A stretch of DNA of 62,870 nucleotides, counting the filler, from Jimgerdemannia flammicorona (Eukaryota): NCBI GenBank assembly GCA_003990765.1. It is 2 parts of 2 records of this genome, joined end to end, with 100 filler letters (N's around TTAATTAATTAA, not from the genome) between each part and the next. Parts side by side here need not be neighbours in the genome. Positions count along the whole stretch, not along the records: positions 1 to 31,392 come from RBNJ01000404.1; positions 31,493 to 62,870 come from RBNJ01000405.1. One strand, 5' to 3'. The notes beneath the pieces were generated by a model. It did no database searches, was not told where the DNA came from, and saw nothing but the letters and a program-made list of their open reading frames with translations. Below are positions 26,717 through 38,798 of the stretch, one piece after another. Both the position numbers and the translations under genes were made by a program. Position 1 is the stretch's first letter. Each line of letters begins with the position of its first letter.

Positions 26717-29700
26717 CTATTCGAAGATCCCTTCCTCATTCTCTTCGTTGCTCTCCCACGCCGCATCCTTCAATTCTTCGATTATCCGAAGCATTTCGAG
26801 TTTCACCCTAATCAAACTCTTGAATATCTTATCGAGGCGCTTGATATCATCAAAGGCAGTTGGTAAAAGCAATTTCTCGACTACGGTGGTGGTGTAGATA
26901 CGGTAGTGGAAGAGTTGACATTTATAGATAGTCATTGTGAACCCTAAAAGACAGTTAAATAGATAAAATTTTAAGGAACGCAGCCAGAGGAAGAGCATTC
27001 CACAGATATTATACGTACCATACACCAAAATTCCATAGACGCACATTCTTCTGACCCTCTCCACGTCCATGTTAGAAACCAACCGATCCAATGCCAGCTT
27101 CATTCCTTTCAGAAGCGCTTGACGGTCACGTTTATGTTTCTTCTCGTTCTTTATGGAAGGTGGTCCCGCTACCTCTACAATGAGCAATTCTTCTCTATCC
27201 TCTCGACGGGCTGAGATTCGGAAGCCAATGCAATCCGATTTTTTCCCAATACGCTGCCGCAAACCACTATGATCGTCTTCTTCGTTAAAATCGGACGTAT
27301 TTCGATTTTGGGACGATGCTACCAATGCTTTCTCTCCCCTTGATATGGGTATAAGGAATAAAAAGCAAATGAGACCACGCAGCTTTGATTCAAAGGGGAT
27401 GTCACGTTCTCAAAGATCTTACCATTCTAACTCGATATCCCGACAATCAGTGAAAAGATCGTCAATTAAACGGCCAAGGTATCGTAGGATGAAGGTTCCT
27501 TCGCTCATGTCCACTTCAATCTTTCCGGAACTGCTTAAATCAAACCGGTTTACACTGACAGAAAAACGAAGCGTTGTAAGAAGGAAAGCCGGAGACTGTA
27601 ACCAGACAAACTTTTCTACTTACAATTTTTCCGTTGCCATACAAATCCATTGTACCAGAAAGGGTATTGTAGAATCTGCTTGAGTGTTCCCCATAGTGAT
27701 ACTTCCCCTTTCTACAATGATTGCTTTCTTCTGTATAGCTGCGTTTCTCCCCAAATGTCGAATATTTTCCAGAATTTGGGCAAAGTCCAATATTTCTCGT
27801 CGTTGTCCGAAGATATATTTTAAGACCATCTCAATAGGGTCCCCAAGGGATATATTAAAAGAACGCCTTTGGCTTGCATGCTGATATTAAAAAGTTCGTA
27901 TGTCAGTTGGAAGAAACGATTTTCCATGAGTAATGAAGCAGAAGAGGTAACCCACCAAAGTGTAGCTCTTTTTTACTGAAGCCTGGCTGTGGCGAATCGT
28001 CTATTAACATCTGATATTTGTACGAAAGGTCATCCCTCTTTCTGGCCGCCAAGATGTCTTTGACAATGGTACCAGATGACAAGACCAGTTGCAAATTCTG
28101 TAAAACATGGGAGGAAACGTTTTTTAAAAACAGTTTACATTCACTTACATAAGTAACTATCCAAATTACCTGTAACTTTTTGGCAATCGATTCAGCACGC
28201 GCCCTATCTTCCAATGACTCCTCGTATCGATCTTCACCATCTCGCTCCATATCGTCGATCTGACTTTCTTCTCGGACCTCTCGGACCTTTTTCGACGATT
28301 TGAAAACCATGTGGGTTATGTCTTACGAGCATCAAGGAAGTTTAAATTTACGAAAGTACATACAGATGCATCTTGGTTGGGGGGTTCATAAAAAACACTT
28401 TTCTCGTAGAAATCGCGATCAGAAGGTTGTCGAACCTGCACAATGTTTAAAGAAAAACTAAATATCTTTGAATATTTCAATTCCATTAACAAAATATGAA
28501 TAAATACGTACCTCAATTTCTTCCTCAGAACTCTGTTCTGACGCTTTCTGCATCATTTAAACAAAAAAGCTTGACTACCAGAAGCAACCAAATGATTTCA
28601 TAAGCGACTATGCTTGACACTTACCAATTTCCTTTTCGGTCTTTCTTTTTCTGAGAGTTCCTTGGTTCCAGACTGGAAAGAAAGTAAGAAAGTTACATAT
28701 TATGAACATTTCTCAACTGACGGCAAACATTTATATCAAACAAATCGCTTTAAATGAATATAACTTGAAGACACTTACAAATTGATCATCGATCTTCCTC
28801 TTGTGCTCCAACAGTTGCGTGGATGCATTGTGATAATCATTGTACCGTTTCCTTATGTGGCGGAAACCGTCGAGGATCACAGAATCCTAGAATATTCACA
28901 AGGTAAATTTCTCATGCGACTGGGGATGAGCAAAATCAAATGTTCTAACCTTGGTGATTTCGAGTTTCTTTTTCACAATCTTATGTTTGGTCAAGAGTTT
29001 GGATATCTGATGTCCCTGCTCATTCCGATAATAGTTTGATAACTCAATACGAAATAACCTATGCTGAGACGTCTAAACGTTCATAAAACCAACGCCAGAA
29101 AGCAAGGCAGTCTGAGGGACTGAGGACTCTACCACCTCGAAGACGCACAATTTACGAGGACCACCCCGCGATTATAGGACGCACCCATATTGCCACGGAG
29201 GACGCACCCCCGATCTACGAGGACACACCCCGCGAATGTCAAGGACGCACCCTGACAACATCTGAGGATCTATGATATACCCCAGTCCCACAGGCTGTTC
29301 TACTTTCATTATTCCCACGCCAACGCCAAAAGCTACATTACCTTTACTGTCAGCTCCAGCTCTGTGAGACGAGCTTGAACAGGATGTTCCCCAACAAACA
29401 GGGCCCGTAGAACCTCAATCTCTTTCAGGAATGCATGGTGTGCTCGATCTTTGCTGCAACTACCTTCCTTCTTACATAGATGTTCGAGGAATTCGTCGAC
29501 GATCGGCCAGTTACTGAAAGGTTGGTTCCAGATGTCTGCTGGGGGTGTAAGTAAAAGGCTCTGTGCTGCAAATGTTTGGAAGTAAAGTATGAACCCCTTA
29601 CCATAGTACCGTAGAAGCCGAGAAGCACACTCAGGTAAATGGCAAGATCCGAATTGCTCGGGAGAGGCCTTTGTGGAAAAACAGCAGAGTATTAGGGAGT

Positions 29701-29890
29701 TTGCACAAATAGGATATCCGTGTTGATTTCGGAAAAACAGTCAAGTCAGATATCCGTTAAGAAATGAGTTTGCACAACACGGATTCTCGTATATAGGGTA
29801 CGAGATGTGACCTACCTCGCCTTCCTTTGAGTTGTTGGCGTCAGCGTCGGCGCCGGCGTTCGAGTTCTCGGGTCCATTCGATATTGACAT
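26717..29890 (-). CDS. Multi-exon gene for a protein with a C-terminal PD-(D/E)XK restriction-endonuclease-like (CR-REase-like) domain
   Basis: ATG at 29890 (MSISNGPEN...), GT-AG introns (e.g. 29815-29669); motifs SEGTF, GEKAL.AS, GKKSD, ELLIVEVAG, K...DR..L.K.MK; CpG-rich and unmutated; exon structure only partly resolved. Confidence 0.7.
29138..29270 (+). repeat. Short degenerate tandem array with a GGACGCACC core (~21-bp period) in an intron
   Basis: About six copies of (A/G)GGAC(G/A)CACC visible. Confidence 0.7.
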
Positions 29891-29921
29891 GATCTGAGAG
29901 AAACATATCAAAAAGAGGCGG

Positions 29922-29922
29922 T

Positions 29923-29962
<40 letters not shown>
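29922..29962. repeat. (GA)n microsatellite upstream of the REase gene ATG
   Basis: Direct reading. Confidence 0.95.
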
Positions 29963-29963
<1 letters not shown>

Positions 29964-30200
29964 GACTTTGACGCGTCTGAGTAGTGGTGAGAGACACGGG
30001 CACTTACGTGATGATCGATGAAATAAAAGTATGATGCGTAGTGTGGTAGTATGGAAGAAAACAAAAACGCAAAAAGTTTTGGCTTGCAAGAAAGTCACGT
30101 GTCGGCTGACATAACTCTGATAGGCTGAACGGATTACAAGCTGTCGCAAATGAAGGTCCTCTCAAATGGGTCGTGAACGTTCAAACTGGCATATGACTAT

Positions 30201-31392
30201 CCCCCAGGTCCTTTCTCCGCTACCTTACCGGTCACAATGGTTTGGTAGGCAACCTTCTGAGTCCACTTTCCACAATTATTACCCCCTCTACCTCAGGTTG
30301 GTTTGCTGTACCTGTTGCAGGGCAGTGGGAGGGAGGCGATGGTGATGAGTTGCCCCTTTATCAGTGTCAGATCGGTGTCTTCTCCACTTTTTCGCAGATT
30401 CTGGTGCTCTCGGCTGCATCTGGGGTGTACCCGTTTTGGTGTGGCGCCTTCTTCCTTTTGCCATCGCCAACAAGGAGTTGTCTCGGTGTGTCTCGGACTA
30501 CGTAGGGAGTCAGCCGACCTTGGGCGTCAAGTGCTCAGTGTAGGTTACCTGCAGGTCCTCGGTACCTGTGGTGGGGCCCTCTGGCTTTGGCGAGCTTCCT
30601 GGCGAGCACGGTTCTGGCGTAGGTGACTGTTTTTTCGGGTGATATCGGGATGGGAGGGGAGATGGCCGTCACAGATAGGAGGAAGGGTGATAACGGTGAA
30701 CCAGTGGGGTGCCAGGCTGGGGGCAGTCATCGGGGCTAGGGCGGACAATATTTCGGTGGGGCCTTTCGATTGGCTGGTGGGGGGTGGGGTGGTGCAGGGG
30801 CCGGCATCCTGGCTATACCCAACTGGAACCGGGAGCTGATGCAGTAATGCGATTGAGGCCCACAGACTTGGGGAGTGGGACCTTCCTCATTTGGCAGTAC
30901 CTGACTGGAACCGGGAGCTGACACGGCAACATGATTGAGGCCTGCAGGCTCGGGGAGTGGGAGTGGGGTCTTTTCAGGCCCTAGCCCATGTGTAAGTCCT
31001 TTGAGGGTGGTGTTGTGTATAAGTCCTGCTTTGAATCTACTTTACTCTCTGTTAGTTGGTTGGGGGGTTTTTTTCTTTGCCTTGAGCTTTCTTTTGGGGT
31101 TCGGAGGGCTATTCTTTATTCAATCCCGGCGCTGCTAGATCCGATGTGTAGGTGTGCTCTCGCATGTAAATGATGATCCAGCCCTGGTGAGCAGATAAGT
31201 CTAGTCTATGTCGTTGGGGTCAACGTAGCCGGTGTTTGACAGGTATAGCTGGAGTGGTGGGACTGTTGGACAATTTAGTAGCCTAGGTTAATGGGGGGAT
31301 ATTGTTCGGTGGGTGGTGGGGGAGGGTTTTGGCCTATATAGTCTAGGTTCCCTTCCAATAAAAATCTGCGGGACTATGAGTCCATTAAAAAA
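30201..31392 (+). mobile_element. SINE-like element copy 3, least mutated (CpGs retained), poly(A) runs into the gap
   Basis: Homologous to 15170-16360; ends AATAAAAATCTGCGGGACTATGAGTCCATT(A)n; internal ~82-bp tandem duplication ~30821-30965. Confidence 0.88.
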
Positions 31393-31492
31393 NNNNNNNN
31401 NNNNNNNNNNNNNNNNNNNNNNNNNNNNNNNNNNNNTTAATTAATTAANNNNNNNNNNNNNNNNNNNNNNNNNNNNNNNNNNNNNNNNNNNN
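31393..31492. other. Artificial contig linker (N44-TTAATTAATTAA-N44)
   Basis: Six-frame stop spacer centred in an N run; adjacency across it is unproven. Confidence 0.97.
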
Positions 31493-31630
31493 TAGCAGAA
31501 TTAGCGCACAAATCTGTATAAATAACTCAGTATTTTAGAGTGAATAAACCTCAGTCAGAACGAGTCAGATCAAACCAGTCCAATTCCAAAATCCATCCAA
31601 CTTACTAAATTCCGCGTCCCCTACGTTACA
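31493..31630 (+). mobile_element. Possible 3' end of a young LTR
   Basis: TATAAATA, AATAAA and a ...GTTACA end, with CpGs retained; no second copy in the window. Confidence 0.3.
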
Positions 31631-31879
31631 ATATATATGCAAATACATATATATAAATACACAAATATATGTCAATAGATCAGTCTTCAACAGTTCACAG
31701 TACCAATGATACTTTAAGTTAAATATCCCCAATAGCTCCATACCTTTCACATAATTCTCACTCTGAAATCTAGCAATATTATACTAAGATGAGAGATGAT
31801 ATTATTTGTAACTATTGCAGATAAAATTTTTTTTTTAAAAAAAAAAAGATACACCTATGATATAACTGATACTTTTTTT

Positions 31880-33173
31880 TGATATATACATAATACTGTT
31901 TCATCTACTCCCATAAACTGCACAGCCAGAAGTTCAAAATACTTGGTAGTTTAACTTCAAATATGTATCAATATATAAAAGATAAGTATTTTGACAAAAT
32001 CAAAAAGAATATAGAGATAAATAAAATTGATATCCAAGCTGTAGTGGGTATATTTATCTGATTGCCTGATTATTTCTATACCAATAACCCTATTTAATTA
32101 AAAATATTTAGCTATACTTTTCAGCAGAATTTCGAAATTAGCTCATTTGCTAGATTGTATGTACAGACTAGCCATTCACAACTATTGAGAGTGATCAATT
32201 ATATAGTATCTTTGGTCTTCTCAAGTATGATTTATATTTGCCAAGTACCAACACTATTTACAAAGATGTCCTGGAGGCCTATTGGAAGGAGTATGAAAAT
32301 CTCTATCAGATACTTCAGGTAAAATAAATAAATAAGAGCAGTACTATGACTTTTGCAAACTAAATTATATATATATATTTATAAAGAGCTCACTAATTTA
32401 ATCTCATATTCAATAAGTAGAATTTGGCAGACAAAATTTCATTTACAATCAATACATAGACATTCTTCAATGTAATTTCATTTCTAGACATTACTGGTCA
32501 TTAGATTGACCTTGAGTGGTAGCTTAAATCTCTCACCCTTAACTTCATCAAACTTGCTGGCCCTCATTCTGGAGACAATATCACAAATATTTTTATTAGT
32601 TGTATCTGGGAGCTTGGGATCACAATTAAGATAAAAAAGGGAGGCTTGCTGTTAGGTTGATATTTTAAGAGAGGTCTTAAAACAAAACAGATTTTATTGG
32701 TTATTATTTTCACATAAATTTGCTGACCAAATATTTCAAGTACAGATTTTGTCCATTATAATAGACAATACTACAAATAACTTAACATTTTTCTAAGTTT
32801 TAGCAGCTAGCCTCAAACCGGAAAATATGGCCTTTAGTGCAGAAAGCTATTATATATAATATCAGGTCCACATACTGAACCTTACTGTTCAGAACTATCT
32901 TATGTATATAGACAAAACATCTGAGAGAGAAGGGGCCTTAAGTATAGTTTTCAAGCTGTGCAAACTGATTGTATCAGTCTGATCATCCCTACAATAATGA
33001 GACAAATTTGCTATATGGTGTAAGATAATTAGTTTAGCCCTGAAAGAGCTTATATTAGATATCTATATATATTGGAACTTGACATTTGCAATGATCCAGC
33101 ATATACTGGAGTTTTCTGTGGTATGTATTCTTTTTTCCAGTTAGCTGAAGTAACTTATTTTAGATAATTGAAG

Positions 33174-33204
<31 letters not shown>

Positions 33205-34295
33205 CAAAAAACAAAACAAAAAAAGTCAATAGATTCAATGATTACTGCTGACAAGGAAATGTAGAGTGAGGCTCTAGGTGAAAGTGAGTGGGATATATTT
33301 AGGAATGTTGTCAGAGTTTTGGAAGTAAGTAGTAATTACTCTGACCCCATACTTATTTTATCTATCTCAGCACAATATAACACCTCACTACATATAACTG
33401 CTAGTGTTTTGATGATTATATGAAGGATATTGTCAAACAAATGACCTTGAAAATAAGCTCTGCAATATCAGTATATAACCTTCTAATTGACTAACTAGAG
33501 GATAAACTCAAGAACAGACTGGAGGGTTGTGGTAATTTATAGTTAAGCCTGGATCAGAGAGATGCTATAGGGGTTGCTCTAAGTAAGCTCAGAAAATACT
33601 ACTCCAAAACAGATACCATCATATACTCAATTAGTACAGATATGTTGGTATGTGGCTATTGCCTCTTCCAAAATAGAGAAATTCCTACAAAAACTCACTC
33701 TCTTTCTCTGAACAGTGCTAGATCTATGCTTAAAGCTATAATACTATAAAGATCAGGGCTGGGAGCAGCACTTCATTGAGGGAACCAAGCATGCCATAAT
33801 TAAAATATACTGGAAAAACTATGTACTGTTATAAGGTTCTGACCAAAGTCTGGACAAATATGCCAAGAGATCACTCTTATTTCACATTTACTTCAACAGA
33901 AAGAGAAAGGGAGAGCCATCAGTAGAAGAGTTGCTGTCAATAGATGAACTTACCATTTACCTCACCAGCAACTGCATGATCCTGCTGGAGGGTATAGAGG
34001 TGCTCAACTGATAGAAGGTAGGTTGTCAGGCAGATAGTTGGTTATATTGGACCAATTTAATCCACCAATCTAACTACCATTCTAACCACTGCTCTACCCA
34101 CCAGAGCATGCAGCTACAGCTGTATCAAACAGACTTCCCCAGTCTGTATAATATGACTTGGAACTTCCTGGCAATTTCTACCACCAGCACTCCCATTGAG
34201 CAGATATTCTCAGGTAGGGTAGATCTCATTACTCCTAAGAGGTATATACTGAATGCTAAGACAATCTGGGTATATATATATCTAAAATCTTGGGT
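31880..34295 (+). pseudogene. hAT-superfamily transposase relic with introns (hAT1)
   Basis: Decayed KISFTI.....SFL.ITGH.ID....LTL.F..L.GPHSG.NI near 32430-32585; DNTTNN near 32765; hATC dimerisation motif FPSL..M..NFLAI..TS.PIEQIFS...LKSW in ORF 34108-34419. Confidence 0.88.
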
Positions 34296-34319
34296 GGGGT
34301 CAGTGGGCATGGGGTCAGT

Positions 34320-34765
34320 AGAGAGAGTGTGCAAAATTTGTAGCTCTCTACTGGTAGTAAGGGACAGTCCTAAGCCACAAGTATCTGAGACAGGGGAGTT
34401 GGTAGAGGGGATGAGATAGGTAGAGGGAGTATACAAAATTTGTGGCTCTTCACCAGCAGCATGGAGTACTCTCAAGCAGCCTGTATTCAGACTGGAGGTT
34501 GGTGGAATAGGTGAAAGAAGTATGCAAAATTTGCAGCCCTCCATTAGTAGCAAGGGACAGCCCCAAGCCACAAATATCCAGAATAGAGAGGTTGGTGGAG
34601 GGGGTGGGATAGGCAGAGGGAGCACACAAAATTTGCAGTCCTCTGCTAGCAGTATAGGGTACCTCCAAGCAGCCTATGCTCAGGCTGGGGGTTAGCAGGG
34701 TTAGTGGAGGGAGTGTGTAAAATTTATGGCTCTCTACAGTAACAAAGGAATAACCCCAAGCCACC
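34320..34765 (+). repeat. GC-rich tandem array, alternating ~101/~92-bp units
   Basis: AAAATTT anchor recurs at ~34334, 34435, 34527, 34628, 34719, with alternating GGGACAG.CC.AAGCCAC and CAAGCAGCCT segments. Confidence 0.8.
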
Positions 34766-35149
34766 AAGGAGTCTGAGTCTAGGTCAGAGAGTACTTCTGG
34801 TGATCAGAGGATACTTCTGGTAGTTGGAGGGTACTTTTGGCAGTTGGACAGTCAGAGGGCATTTCTGGTGGTTGGAGAGTACTTCTAGCAATCAAAGTCC
34901 ACTATAGATTTGGACCCCATTACTGGTTCAGGTCTCATGAGTACCCTGGCCCTGTGCCATAGTACTGTACCAGTGGTACTATAGAACAGAGCCAAGAGGC
35001 TGGTAGGGCCTGGTATAATGGCTAAACTAATGCTACAGAAGAAGTGCCTGGCTACTAGCCCAACCCTCTACAAAAGACTGCTCAACCCATACAAAATGAC
35101 TGCTAAACTCTTACAAAAAATTGCCTAACTCTCACAAAAACTACTCCAC

Positions 35150-36634
35150 CTACTGGTCCCAGGCCTTGATGAGTCTGTCATCTGTTGTAAGTACAACAAC
35201 TATTGTGTCTGAGCTCTCCTTAAAGGCAATAGTACTGTGGTAATCATGTGGTTGGAATAGGATGGCTGTATTGACTATAAACAGGACCTTGAAACCATAG
35301 ATGAGATTATACCAGACTCTACTGCTATCCTCCCAGGTTGGGCCCTTCCTTTCTGGGATATAAAATATTACTGAAGTAATATTATCTATATATATTGGTA
35401 GAGAAATATTGCACTCAATATATCCTGATATAATATGAGTATATGGTTAAGTGAACCCTTGGCCCAGGACCTCATACTGCCAGGCTGTGCTGGTGGATGC
35501 CTACCCTTGGTCCAGCCCTGGGAGCCCCAGCTTGGAAATCTGTCAAAATAGACAGCATCCAGTCAGTCCTTTTTGTATATAGGGGGATAGAAACTTCTCA
35601 GACTGCAGAAACTCCCTGGGCTGCAGCACTAAGAAATGAAGCTCTTTATTTCATATAGAATGCTAAATTGTACCAAGAATATACATATAGCTACACTAAG
35701 ATTACCACTAAGCTGGCCTGCTATATACTCTACCAATCTGCTCAAAGAACCCTAGATTATAGCCACTATTACTACATAGGCCATGTCATGCTCACATATA
35801 GTTTTCTCTTTAACAGTACTTCTAAAGTTCTGGTAGAGGTATATAATATTGTGCATCTCTAGAATTGTATCAAAAAGAGTATGATGATAAAGAGAGTGAT
35901 TATCTGAAGTAGAGGAAAAAAAAAAGGGGGAGACAAGTGCAGGAGATTTCAGAACTCCAGAACCCACTCTTTGCCAGTATTGCAGTATACCTAATTTCTG
36001 TCCAAACCCCCCCTCCTTGCTTTTTTCACCCCCTCTTTCCTGTCATCTGGTATTTGATACAATCCTCACAAACCTCATTGATATAGTGGTAAAGCTTATT
36101 ACTATAGAGGTTTCTTACCACTATTGCAACCACCTCTCTACAATCATTAATAATGATATAGTTATCTTTATCATTAGTTACTCCTGCTGACCAATAGACC
36201 TCTTGGTTGAGAATGATTGGTTCTAATTTAAATATAGACTCTTAAGCTTTAATAATGATACTGATATTACTTATGCTGAACATCTTGCTCTTAAATTTCT
36301 CTATTTGATCCAGATGCCAGATGTAGTTGAACTCAGATAACTTTGAACTCTCCTTTCTAATAGAACTGAGATCTGATCTGAGGGGCTGAGATAAGTATAT
36401 AGATGGGTTGTATACAGGTAGATTTTGTGTGAACAGATTGTATGTAGATGGGTTGTATGTGGACAGATTATATATAGATGAGTTGTATGTAGATAGGTTA
36501 CATGCAGATGGATTGCATGCAGATGGGTTGCATGTAGATGAGTTGTATGCAGACAGGTTGTATGTAGATAGGTTGTATATAGACAGGTTGTGTATAGATA
36601 GATTATATGCAGATGGGTTGTATGTGGGTATCAT
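35150..36634 (-). pseudogene. Degenerate intron-containing gene inside hAT1, possibly a Tet/JBP-like 2OG-Fe(II) dioxygenase
   Basis: 98 open codons 35446-35153 without a start codon: CNISLPIYID...GFKV...TAILFQPHDYHST...IVVVLTT; upstream in-frame segments YIIINDCREVVAIV and GGGFGQKLG; N-terminal NPSTY repeats. Confidence 0.35.
36400..36630 (-). repeat. 15-bp tandem repeat encoding (N-P/L-S-T/A/I-Y/C)n
   Basis: GATGGGTTGTATGTA-like units; ORF 36242-36634. Confidence 0.9.
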
Positions 36635-37499
36635 GTGAGTGTTTTTAGAGGAGACTACATAAAAAATGAAGTTAAATAAAACATGAAGATAGGTATTTCA
36701 GAAAAAGAGCATGAGTGAGTGAGTTGTATACTGATAAGTTGTATGAGTTATATAAGATTACTCATAAAGGCTTACTTCTATTCCTTTTGAGACCTCTGCC
36801 ATATAATACATTGACTCAACAGCTCACCAAAGGCATGCCTCACAACATCTGTCAGCCTTTCTTCATCTTGATCAGATGTTACAAATAAAGTCAGCAGATC
36901 TCACTATAGAGCTATGGACCTCTAAGAAAAGCATAAGGTGAATTGAGTTATGCTGAAGAAAATTAAAAAAGTAAATATAAGTAAACAAGTGGTAGTAGAA
37001 TGAGTGATCTATATCTACTATCAGCTGTTTCAAAAAAGCTACCACATAAATAGCTGTAAGGTCTGTGAATTCTGAGGTCCAAAGGGCTACTGTAAGTTGT
37101 TACCAGAATTCTCCCTCATCTCTACCATTACCACCACCATTACTATTACCACCACCATCACCACTACTATCACTCCTTTGGCTCTTGATGAGAAGTTTGT
37201 GTGCTGTCTATATGAGAAAGAATCTAACATTATCAGCAGAGAGTATATTTCTACCTTGAATACTCCTTCTTTTGATGATTATTACAGAGTAAAAAAAATG
37301 AGTAGACTGGACTAATATACAATTAAAGACTGCTGTTTTGTTTGCTCATAATGTAGCAGAAAAGAAAAAGAACAAAGAAAAAGAATAAAGAAAGAACAAA
37401 AGAAGAGAGGGAATAAAAGAAAGGGTGATATTACCAAAGTATGGTAGGAAAAAAAATAGAGCAAAAAATAAATAAAAGAAAGAGTAATATCATTAAAGA

Positions 37500-37632
37500 T
37501 TTCATATGATCAATCTAGATAGATCAATCCAGATCAGATCATGAGACCAATCCAAGTTGATTTGAATCTATTACATAATGAATCTGAATTAAATCTCATC
37601 TAGATCAATTATTTCATCTATTTGGAGTACTA
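37500..37632. repeat. Right terminus of hAT1 (subterminal GATC-rich repeats + GAGTACTA TIR end)
   Basis: Reverse complement begins TAGTACTC like the MITE and hAT2 termini; LTR-B sequence starts immediately after. Confidence 0.6.
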
Positions 37633-38798
37633 TATACTTTCTATAGTTATGGTACTATATATTGCTGGGTTATAGTAAGCTGATAGCTATTGTTCATGTC
37701 ACTTATATTTGGGTAGTAGAGTTGTCAGTTTAATTTCAAGAGTTATCTAGAGGTATAGATTGTGTTCTCCAGTTTTCTCATTATAGTTGAAGTAATTAGA
37801 TATGAATGCAGATTGGTACTCATACCAGTAGTCACTATTCCAATAGGTCTCATAGGTTGTTATGAACTATTATAAGTTTATTGATAAGGTTGGTGGAGTA
37901 ATTAGAGCTGGTAGAGATTCTTGGCTGGAGGTTATATCAGTGTTAGAGGGATTGTTATCTTCTACTTCATTATTATCAAACTAGATTATATATATTGTAG
38001 ATATCCTTCATAGCATATCTGACTTGGGGCATTTATAAGATATAGTCATCAGGGTGTAGGAAGGTTCAGTCTGTGGTCTGAATATACTCAATATACTTAT
38101 AATTGAGTTTTTATACTATATCATTGATTTGGCCATAAGACAGAATAGTAATCATTTCAGTGATAGTAACTTAGAGGTAGAGAATAAAGATGCTATACTT
38201 ATAGAAGAGTTCTTGGTATTTGCAGGTGATAAGTTTTTAGTATTGGGATATCTGGGTAATATCTATATCATGGTAGTATTTGACCATATCTTCTAGGAGA
38301 CAGCTGATCTAGTAGTAGCTTGAGATTTGTCCAATTCAGTAGACTTTGCTAAGTATGTTCAGGGCATTCCATTGGGCTTCTATAAAGTAGAGAGATGCTA
38401 GGCTATAGATATTTATGAGGGGTAGAGGAGGGGTAGCTCAGTTGACAATAGTATTCCAAATATCAATATGGATGCAGTTGTAGATCTCAGTGGTCATGGT
38501 TGTGTATATATTTAAGAGTTGTAGTTATTTGTTTTATTTATTGTAGTTCTCTATTTTAATATATCTGAGTACTCAATATATATATATATTCAGTCCTAAT
38601 TGGTAAGATTCCATTTGTATAAATCTTATATTCTGTAACTTTGAGTTGACTCAGCTTTGTACTCTGTGACTTTGGTTTAACTCAGCTTCGTAATCTTATA
38701 TGTAGTTTTCAGATTTGTTCAGAGAGTAGTGTGTGATTTTAGTGACTTGTTCTGAGGGTGAGGTGCAATTTTAGTGGCTTGAAGGTTGTATACTCATA
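37633..38798 (-). mobile_element. Family-B LTR, 5' ~1.17 kb
   Basis: Reverse complement matches 55636-~56785; its ORF is in frame across the site frameshifted in the 55636 copy. Confidence 0.88.

Larger units (their letters stand above)
25909..30190 (-). mobile_element. Candidate inserted segment carrying the REase gene (two tandem units)
   Basis: ATATG at 25904-25908, 26499-26503 and 30191-30195; the host LTR's expected next bases ACTAT follow at 30196-30200; 34-bp repeat at 25904-25937 and 26499-26532. Confidence 0.45.

Noticed and set aside
31437..31448. TTAATTAATTAA palindrome
   Set aside because: Artificial six-frame stop linker inside the N gap
36408..36638. Plus-strand (DRLYV)n pentapeptide-repeat-like ORF
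   Set aside because: Antisense reading of the 15-bp repeat; the minus frame continues into non-repetitive coding-like sequence
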